A DNA stretch of 64,000 nt, from positions 4,960,001-5,024,000 of the forward strand of contig CBDCJH010000002.1 of the NCBI GenBank assembly GCA_965217775.1. The letters are read 5' to 3'. The translations under genes were made by a program, and so were the position numbers. The first letter of the stretch is position 1. Each line of letters begins with the position of its first letter. Below, one piece after another: positions 29,686-37,015 of the stretch. The notes beneath the pieces were generated by a model. The model made no database searches. It saw nothing but the letters and a program-made list of their open reading frames with translations, and was not told where the DNA came from. Source of the DNA: Acidobacteriota bacterium (GTDB lineage Bacteria > Acidobacteriota > UBA6911 > RPQK01 > JAJDTT01).

Positions 29686-30352
29686 GAAGGTTCCTCACCT
29701 TTTCTGCCAGACGGCTGACGAGGCCACTCTCGGCGAGATAGTCCCTGGTCGCCGCCCCTCCCTCTCTCTGCCAGAACCGAACCAGGTCTTCGGGTCCATC
29801 CAGATCCAGACCGAACCGCGGGTTCGACAGCACGGTGGCAGGCACCCGTGCACGGCGGGCCTCTGCCAGATGCCGGCGCAGGCTGTCCCGGCCGAAACGG
29901 GACGGAAAGGCATCCGGCGGCATTCTCAACAGGGCATTGGTGCCCCGGCCGTCTCGCGAGGGGACCAGAAGAGCCGCCGGGGAAGCCAGCGGGTGGCCCA
30001 GCAGAGCGTCCACATCCCGCCCCTGGATGAGCGGGACGTCCAACGGCACCCGGAGAACACACGTCGCTCCTTGTTGGCGAAGTGCGGCGGCGCTCTCATC
30101 CACGGAGCGGCTCTCGGAGGATTGGCGCCGCTCCCGAATGAATCCCCATCGCCGGCGCGCGGCGTAGGCCGCAAGCTCCGGGTCCCGGCCTGCCACGACC
30201 ACCTTGTCCGGTGTTCCAGCGCCGGCCAGCGCCCTGCCCACATCCTCCAACATGGCCCAGACCAGCCCAATCCTTTCCCGGCGGGACAGCCACGGAGCCA
30301 TTCGCCGCTTGGCTTGGACGAGCTCCTTGACTGGTATCAGGACGACTTTCAC
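29678..30352 (-). CDS. cofC: 2-phospho-L-lactate/PEP guanylyltransferase
   Basis: IPVK....KRRM, MLEDV, GRGTNAL, FGRDS...H, DLDGPEDL. Confidence 0.88.
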   Translation of the reverse strand: MKVVLIPVKELVQAKRRMAPWLSRRERIGLVWAMLEDVGRALAGAGTPDKVVVAGRDPELAAYAARRRWGFIRERRQSSESRSVDESAAALRQQGATCVLRVPLDVPLIQGRDVDALLGHPLASPAALLVPSRDGRGTNALLRMPPDAFPSRFGRDSLRRHLAEARRARVPATVLSNPRFGLDLDGPEDLVRFWQREGGAATRDYLAESGLVSRLAEKVRNLHE

Positions 30353-31329
30353 GCCAACCGCAGCAGGGCGCGAGCCAGCGCCCGTTTCGCACCGGAGGTA
30401 TCCATGACGGTATTCCGAACCACGACCCGGACGCCCAGGCGCTCGATGGACGCAGCGCTGCCCGCATCGCGCTCATCCAATACGAAAACGTCCATGACAC
30501 CCCGATAGATCCGGGCAACGCCTTCGGCCGAGACCGGATGCCCCAGCTCCCTGAGCATTTTTGCCGCCGGCCCCTTGAGGGCGCGCCCGCCCACGATCGG
30601 ACTCACCGCTACCACCAGGCCCCGGCTTTCCATCACCGCCCGCCTGATCCCCGGGACCGCCAGAATGGGACCCACGCTGATAAAGGGGTTGCTGGGACAG
30701 ATGACGATGATCCGGGCATTTCGAATGACCTTCTCCACACCCGGCGCCGCACGCTGACAACTCAAACCAGTGTATTCGAAACCGTGAACCCGGGGTGCGC
30801 ACTTCTCCCTGACCAGATACTCCTGAAGATGAAGACGGCCGGCATCGGTCTCCACCAGAGTCGGATTGTAGCCTTCGGCCATAGGCAAAACTGAAGGCTC
30901 TATCCCGAACCCCTTGCAGATATGGGCGGTTACGGCGGCCAGGCCCCACCCCCGGTTCAGCCGGGACGTCCGCCACAGATGGGTTGCCAGATCCTGGTCT
31001 CCCAAGCCGAACCAGGTGTCAGCGCCCAAGCGTCCGAGGGCCTCCAGACAGCGGAATGTGTCGCCCTCGATGCCCCAGCCCCAAGTCCGGTTGGACAATC
31101 CCGCCAGGGTATAGGTGATGGTGTCGAGATCCGGACAGATCCGGAGCCCGAAGGCTTCCAGGTCATCCCCGGTGTTGACCACCACGGACAGGCGGCTCCC
31201 AAGCCCCTCCTGCGCCAAGCCCCAGACCAGTTTCGCGGCGCCGACGCCTCCGGCCAACGCCACCACGCGAGCGTCGTGCGATCCGCAGAGGCCGTCACCG
31301 ATCCCGACCGGACGAGGGGCTGCCGCCAC
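30349..31329 (-). CDS. cofD: 2-phospho-L-lactate transferase
   Basis: LAGGVGAAK, VNTGDD, CPDLDT, WFGLGDQDLATH, PSNPFISVGPIL, KGPAAK. Confidence 0.93.
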   Translation of the reverse strand: MAAAPRPVGIGDGLCGSHDARVVALAGGVGAAKLVWGLAQEGLGSRLSVVVNTGDDLEAFGLRICPDLDTITYTLAGLSNRTWGWGIEGDTFRCLEALGRLGADTWFGLGDQDLATHLWRTSRLNRGWGLAAVTAHICKGFGIEPSVLPMAEGYNPTLVETDAGRLHLQEYLVREKCAPRVHGFEYTGLSCQRAAPGVEKVIRNARIIVICPSNPFISVGPILAVPGIRRAVMESRGLVVAVSPIVGGRALKGPAAKMLRELGHPVSAEGVARIYRGVMDVFVLDERDAGSAASIERLGVRVVVRNTVMDTSGAKRALARALLRLA

Positions 31330-31335
31330 GAGTCG

Positions 31336-31995
31336 TCAAAGCCCCACGACACGAAAACGCGATTCGTGAACCCGGTATCGGCGATTGATGCCGATCAGAA
31401 GGGCACTCATTCGCTCCAGCGTCCGGGCCGCGTCGAGCCGGCCTGCGTCCACCGTGCGGACTCCCGGCCAGCGGTTCAGCACTTGCGCCACCTCACCTTT
31501 CCGGCGCGCCGAATTGCCACACACGAAGACATCACAGTCGAGAGGAGCGGCCACCTCCCCCAGAAGGCGGGCCGGAACCGTCTTCAGGGCCGACACCAAG
31601 GCGCTCGGATCAGGAAGGCCCGCAGCCAACTGCTCACTGCCGGAACCGGCCTCCAGGGGAACCATCTTTATCCGGCCGGCTTCGAACGCCACCGGCACCG
31701 TGACATCGACCCAGGTGGTCTCAGGCGCAACGTGCGGCGCACAACCGGACACCAGATCGGCGGCCCCGGCGAAAGGCGCCGCCAGAAAGAGGACCCCGGA
31801 CCGGGTCGCCGCCTCCAGGTTCAGCGCCCCCCGGATACGGGCGTCACCCCCCAGAAGACAATTCAACTCTGACGCCGTCCCGGCCGCCCGGGTCCGGCTA
31901 CGAGATCCCACAATGACCTCGAATCCCGCCTTGGCCAAACGCAGCACGATGCCCCGGCCCTCTTGACCGGTGCCGCCGAGCACACCCAGCTTCAC
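31336..31995 (-). CDS. npdG: NADPH-dependent F420 reductase (F420H2:NADP+ oxidoreductase, Fno)
   Basis: LGGTGQEGRG, IVGSR, N.EAA, GSGSEQ, VDAGRL..ARTLE, INRRY; leads the cofD-cofC-cofE operon. Confidence 0.88.
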   Translation of the reverse strand: MKLGVLGGTGQEGRGIVLRLAKAGFEVIVGSRSRTRAAGTASELNCLLGGDARIRGALNLEAATRSGVLFLAAPFAGAADLVSGCAPHVAPETTWVDVTVPVAFEAGRIKMVPLEAGSGSEQLAAGLPDPSALVSALKTVPARLLGEVAAPLDCDVFVCGNSARRKGEVAQVLNRWPGVRTVDAGRLDAARTLERMSALLIGINRRYRVHESRFRVVGL

Positions 31996-32270
31996 AATCC
32001 GCCCTCTTTTTCACCCGCCGCGCGAAACCCCAACCCGGGATCGACGCTTCCCGGAAGCCGCATTACAACAAAGCGCGATGGCCCCCACAAGTCTCACATT
32101 CAGCGGCTTTTGTCCGCTTGGGGCCACTGCCTTCACGGGCGCGTAAGGCTTGCTAGGGAGAGAGCGTCCGCGTAATCTCTCCAGTGCGTTGATGAGTTGA
32201 AGGAGGGGCCGCCAGCAGCATTCCGGCGGCGGTGTAACGGCCTGGGCCCGGAGGTTCCGGGTATCTGTCA

Positions 32271-35200
32271 ATGAACTCGGTATCCGAATATCTCAAGGGC
32301 AAGACGCTGTTCATCACCGGAGCCACCGGCTTCCTGGGACAGTGCCTGGTCGAGAAAATCCTTTGGGCGGTACCGGACGTCGAGCGCGTCTACATCCTGA
32401 TCCGCCCGCGAACGAACCTGCGCGGCGCGGTCGTGACCGCCCAGATGAGGCTGGAACGGGAACTCCTCCGGTCCAGTTCCTTCGACCGCCTCAGGAGCAG
32501 GCTCGGTGACGGCTTTTCGGCCTTCCTGAAAGAAAAACTGGTCGCGGTTTCGGGCGACTTGTCCAGGGACGACCTGAACCTCGACGAGCAGACACGGCTT
32601 CGCCTGCAGGGCGAAACCGACATCGTCATCAACAGTGCCGCCGTCGTCTCCTTCGACGCCCCGCTGGACGAAGCCTACCACCTGAACGTCCTGGGAGCTC
32701 AGCGCGTCGCCCGGTTCGCCCAGTCCTGCGGCCGCTGCGTCCTGGTGCACGTCTCCACTGCGTATGTCTGCGGGGCTGCCGTCGGCTCCGTCCCGGAAAC
32801 GATTCCGGAGCTCTCGGATCCGGGCGATGGACCCTTCCCGGCGCGCGCCTTCAGCGACGTGGATCTGGACATCGAACGCATCGAGACGATAATCGCCACG
32901 GTCCGGGAGCGCGCCTATGCGCCCGGTCTCGAGCGCGAATTCGCGGCGGCGCTGCTGCGCCGGTTCAAGCGCTCGAAGCGGGGCCGCAACGTTCGCAGGC
33001 GGGAGAAGATCGAGAATCTCCGCAAGAAATGGATCCGGAACCAGCTCTCGCAGGAGGGGATGCGCTGGGCTCGCGAGCGGGGCTGGAACGACACGTACAC
33101 CTACACCAAGGCCATCGGCGAACAGATGGTCTTGCGGACCCGAAACGGGGCTCCGACCATCATCATCCGCCCCTCTGTTATCGAAAGCGGTTTTTCCGAG
33201 CCGAGTCCCGGATGGCTGGAGGGCCTTCGCATGGCGGACCCCCTCATCGCCGCCATCGGCAAGGGCCGCCTCCGGGCACTGCCTCTGAGCCCCAAGGTCA
33301 TCATCGACCTGGTGCCCGTGGATATGGTCGTGAACTCGCTGCTGGCGTCGCTTCCCGCGGCGGCCGCAACGGGCGTCCAGGTCTACCAGGTGGCCACCGG
33401 ATCCTGCAATCCCATCACACTGGGCTATCTCTACGATCTCATCTATCGCTATTTCAAGAGAAACCCCATGTTCGACAGGTCGGGGCGGCCGATCAACATC
33501 CGTTACCTCCGCTTCCCGAAGCCGGCCAGCTTCCGCTTGCAACATCGACTCCAGGCGCTGCCCCTGAACACGGCGGGCAGTATCTTGGACAAGCTCACCT
33601 TATTCCGCGCATTCGACGGCGCCCAGCGCTTCAACCGGCGCCTTTCGGCCCTGAGGGCCGCTCACGAGAAGTTGTATTACTACGGAGAAATCTACGAACC
33701 GTATCTGAACTTGAATTGCCGCTTCGGAGTGGAGAACACGCTGGGCCTTCTGGAGACGATGCCCCCCGAGGAGCGGGAAGCCTTCAACTTCGACGTGACG
33801 CGCCTGAACTGGCGCCACTACGTTCAAAACATCCACATCCCAGGGGTCAAGAAGTTCATTTTGAAGATGGAGGGAGCCGGAACGCTGGAACTGGATGTCC
33901 AACCGTCCGGCGAAGGCCGATCCGTCTCGACCATCAACGACCTCCTGGCATACAGCGCGTCCCGGTTCTCCGAGAAGACCGCGCTTCGGATGCAGCGCGA
34001 CGGTGAGTGGATCAGCTATACATACGCGGACCTGCAGCGCCGGGCCCGGACCGTCGGCCGGCAACTCCGGACCGAGGGTCTCGTCAAGGGAGACCGGGTG
34101 GTCCTTTTTGCGGAAAACCAACCGGACTGGGGCGCCGCGTACCTGGGCGCAGCTTCCCGGGGAGTCGTCGTCGTTCCCCTCGATTCCCAGGCGTGGCACC
34201 GTGAGGTCTGGTCTGTCGCCCGCTTCACCGAGGCCCGTGCCATCCTGGCTTCCGAGCGCACGATCGAGCGGCTGCCACCCGGCAGCCTGGCGCGGAATGA
34301 AGCCGGCGATGCCCCAATTCGACTCCTGAACATCAACGGCCTGGCCCAACCGTTCGACCTTCCGCAATACCCCGGAAGCACCGGAACGGCGGCCCCTGTT
34401 CCCGAGGCGCCCGGCGACCGCCCGGTGAAAGTCGAACCCGGCGATCCGGCTTCCATCATCTTCACCACCACCACGGCAGCGGACCCCAAGGGCGCCGTTC
34501 ACACCCATTCCGGCTTCCTCAGCAATCTTCACGGCATGAACCGTTATCTGGCGGCAGAGGAGACGGACCAGATCCTGTCGGTACTCCCTCTCTACCATGC
34601 TCTGGAATTTACCTGCGGGTTTCTGTCCCCCCTGTATGGGGGCGCGACCATCACCTACCTGCATTCCCTGAAGCCTCGAGTCATCCTGAAGACCATGCGG
34701 GAGACGGGCACCACCTGCATGTTGGGCGTCCCCAGTCTTTACGCTCTGATCCGGGACGACATCAACCGGCGCACCCTGCGCGCCTCCAAGTCACCTCTGA
34801 AATCCAACCTGGTGGCCAGGTCGCGCCAGCTCAGCAAGTCCATCGACAAGACCTTCGGCAAGAACCTGGGGCGCCAGATCTTCGCTCGGGTACACCAGGA
34901 ATTCGGGGGCAGGATTCGAGCTTTCGTCAGTGGCGGTTCTGCTCTGGGCGATGAACTCTACGATGACTTCAAGGCCTTGGGCCTGCCCATCTACGAGGGC
35001 TACGGGCTCACCGAGACCGCGCCGGTCCTCACGGTCAATCCGCTGAATCGAAGCCGCCGGGGCTCGGCCGGCAAGCCGTTGCCCGGGACCGAGTTGCGAA
35101 TCTACCGGGCCGATGACCGGGGAGAAGGCGAGATCATCGTCCGCACGCCCAGCCTCATGAAGGGCTACTACAAGAACCCGGCAGCCACCCGGGCCGCGCT

Positions 35201-36638
35201 GCGGGACGGCTGGTTTCACACCGGTGATCTGGGGTGGGTCGACGAAGACGGATACCTCTATATTACAGGGCGCAAGAAGAACGTCATCGTCACGGGAGCC
35301 GGGAAGAACGTCTATCCCGTGGACCTGGAGGCCATCTACCGCAACGTGCCGGCCGTCGAGGACATCTGCGTGGTGGGAACCCCCAAGGGACTGACCGAAG
35401 ACGTCCATGCCGTCATCCTGCCCAAGAAGGAGATATTGCGGGACGTGGCGACCGAGGAATGGCCGCGGGCCATGAAGCGGGCCACTCGCGCACTGGCCCG
35501 CCAGCTTCCGGGCTATCAGCGGCTGCAGCACATCCATCTTTCGGAAACCCCCCTCCCGCGGCGCAGTGACGGATCTCTCGCCCGCGACGTGATCCTGCAG
35601 AACGTCCGGCGGAACCTCGCCCGCTCTCAGGCACGCGGGGGCCCGGCGGCGCGACCCCAAGGCAGTGACGTCGCAACGGAGTTGACCCGGGAGTTGAGCC
35701 GGATCTCGGGGATTCCCTCAGCGGAAATCACTCCGGACTCCCATCTCTACACCGACGTGGGCCTGGATTCGCTCGCCGCCATGGAGCTGCTGATTCAGTT
35801 GGAGCATCGGTTCGGCATCTCGCTATCGGAGGAGCGCGTCGCTTCCCTGGTCCGCTTTGGCGATCTGGTCGATGCGGTGAAGGAGAGCAAGTCGGCACAT
35901 GTGACCGGCAAAGACGACACGGTCGCCGTCCGGTCTGCCTTGCCCTGGTCACAGCGCCCGCCCCTGGACCGCGCCCTCCTCGGCCTCTCCTTTTCGGCGC
36001 TGAGGCTCCTGTACGCGAGCTACTTTCGCCTGCGGCTGGGTTTTCCGGAACACCTTCCCCGTGAGGAGGCCTACATCATCGCCGCCAACCATTCCAGCCA
36101 TCTGGACAGCGGTGCCGTCATCGCCGCATTGGCGGGGGCGCTGGGACCAAGCCAAGCCAGGAAACTCCATCTTCTCGGGGCCCGCGACTACTTCTTCAAC
36201 AATCCCCTTCGCGCCTGGTTTTTCAGCACCTTTCTCAACGTGGTGCCCATCGAACGGGAGGAAACCTCGTTGGCGGGACTCCGTACCATCCAGGCGATCC
36301 TGCAGGAAGGCGAACCCATTCTCATCTTCCCGGAGGGGACGCGGTCCCGGACCGGCGAACTCCGATCCTTCAAACCGGGCCTGGGCCTCATCGCCAGGGA
36401 ACTCAGGGTGCCGATCGTCCCCACTCACATCGACGGCGCCTATCGAGCCTTCCCGGCGGGACGCTACCTTCCCCGGCCCGGACGGTTGACGGTGACCTTC
36501 GGCAAACCGATCACGACCGAGCAGTATTTCACGGACGGCGTCGAGGAGTCGCGAGTCCGCCTCTACCGAAAGATTGCCCGGGATGTCAGGGAGCACGTCG
36601 TGCGGTTGGGGGACGGGGGCCGGCACGAACCAGTTTGA
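32271..36638 (+). CDS. ElbD-like multifunctional lipid enzyme: fatty acyl reductase + AMP-binding + ACP + acyltransferase
   Basis: TGATGFLG and YTYTK (FAR), YEGYGLTE/HTGDLG/GRKKNVI (ANL), GLDSL (phosphopantetheine Ser), NHSSHLD and FPEGTRS (PlsC type); same domain order as Myxococcus ElbD. Confidence 0.85.
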   Translation: MNSVSEYLKGKTLFITGATGFLGQCLVEKILWAVPDVERVYILIRPRTNLRGAVVTAQMRLERELLRSSSFDRLRSRLGDGFSAFLKEKLVAVSGDLSRDDLNLDEQTRLRLQGETDIVINSAAVVSFDAPLDEAYHLNVLGAQRVARFAQSCGRCVLVHVSTAYVCGAAVGSVPETIPELSDPGDGPFPARAFSDVDLDIERIETIIATVRERAYAPGLEREFAAALLRRFKRSKRGRNVRRREKIENLRKKWIRNQLSQEGMRWARERGWNDTYTYTKAIGEQMVLRTRNGAPTIIIRPSVIESGFSEPSPGWLEGLRMADPLIAAIGKGRLRALPLSPKVIIDLVPVDMVVNSLLASLPAAAATGVQVYQVATGSCNPITLGYLYDLIYRYFKRNPMFDRSGRPINIRYLRFPKPASFRLQHRLQALPLNTAGSILDKLTLFRAFDGAQRFNRRLSALRAAHEKLYYYGEIYEPYLNLNCRFGVENTLGLLETMPPEEREAFNFDVTRLNWRHYVQNIHIPGVKKFILKMEGAGTLELDVQPSGEGRSVSTINDLLAYSASRFSEKTALRMQRDGEWISYTYADLQRRARTVGRQLRTEGLVKGDRVVLFAENQPDWGAAYLGAASRGVVVVPLDSQAWHREVWSVARFTEARAILASERTIERLPPGSLARNEAGDAPIRLLNINGLAQPFDLPQYPGSTGTAAPVPEAPGDRPVKVEPGDPASIIFTTTTAADPKGAVHTHSGFLSNLHGMNRYLAAEETDQILSVLPLYHALEFTCGFLSPLYGGATITYLHSLKPRVILKTMRETGTTCMLGVPSLYALIRDDINRRTLRASKSPLKSNLVARSRQLSKSIDKTFGKNLGRQIFARVHQEFGGRIRAFVSGGSALGDELYDDFKALGLPIYEGYGLTETAPVLTVNPLNRSRRGSAGKPLPGTELRIYRADDRGEGEIIVRTPSLMKGYYKNPAATRAALRDGWFHTGDLGWVDEDGYLYITGRKKNVIVTGAGKNVYPVDLEAIYRNVPAVEDICVVGTPKGLTEDVHAVILPKKEILRDVATEEWPRAMKRATRALARQLPGYQRLQHIHLSETPLPRRSDGSLARDVILQNVRRNLARSQARGGPAARPQGSDVATELTRELSRISGIPSAEITPDSHLYTDVGLDSLAAMELLIQLEHRFGISLSEERVASLVRFGDLVDAVKESKSAHVTGKDDTVAVRSALPWSQRPPLDRALLGLSFSALRLLYASYFRLRLGFPEHLPREEAYIIAANHSSHLDSGAVIAALAGALGPSQARKLHLLGARDYFFNNPLRAWFFSTFLNVVPIEREETSLAGLRTIQAILQEGEPILIFPEGTRSRTGELRSFKPGLGLIARELRVPIVPTHIDGAYRAFPAGRYLPRPGRLTVTFGKPITTEQYFTDGVEESRVRLYRKIARDVREHVVRLGDGGRHEPV

Positions 36639-36681
36639 CCCGGTAAGCCAAGCCCCTCTAGAATGGCGTCCTTCTCTGGCC

Positions 36682-36773
36682 GGAGAGGTGCTGGAGTGGC
36701 TGAACAGGGCTGCCTGCTAAGCAGTTACTCGGGGGAACCTGGGTCGGGGGTTCGAATCCCCCCCTCTCCGCCA
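36682..36773 (+). tRNA. tRNA-Ser (anticodon GCT)
   Basis: GGAGAGG/CCTCTCC acceptor stem, anticodon loop CTGCTAA, long variable arm, TTCGAATCC, encoded GCCA. Confidence 0.95.
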
Positions 36774-36790
36774 ACTCCTCATCCGGAGAA

Positions 36791-36907
36791 ATGAGTGCAT
36801 TTGGAGAAGACCTGATCCAGTCACTCAAAGAGGCACTCGCTCACGCCAAGGGAGATGGCTACGCCATCCTCCACGCTCCTGTAACTCCACGCGAGGTTCG
36901 GGAACAT
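36791..36907 (+). pseudogene. Truncated HTH antitoxin-like (HigA/XRE) gene fragment
   Basis: MSAFGEDLIQSLKEALAHAKG...TPREVRE resembles the N-terminus of such regulators; sequence switches to MITE DNA where the HTH should begin. Confidence 0.55.
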
Positions 36908-36993
36908 CTGTTTTTTAGCATTTACGCGGATTTTTCCAAGGTTTCTCCGGGACAGACTGCGCTGGGCGCTCGCTCGCTGGTGAGAAATTCGGG
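36908..36993. mobile_element. MITE family C, partial copy 4
   Basis: TTTACGCGGATTTTTCCAAGGTTTCTCCGGGACAGACTGCGC...TGAGAAATTCGGG matches the right half of the 2194 copy; left end missing. Confidence 0.7.
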
Positions 36994-37015
36994 TTCGCAT
37001 TCCACGGGTCTTTAG

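Noticed and set aside
26132-36773. Classical integrative island with att duplication between selC and tRNA-Ser
   Set aside because: The block lies on the 5' side of both tRNAs, and no duplicated tRNA 3' end or integrase was seen, so island status is not demonstrated
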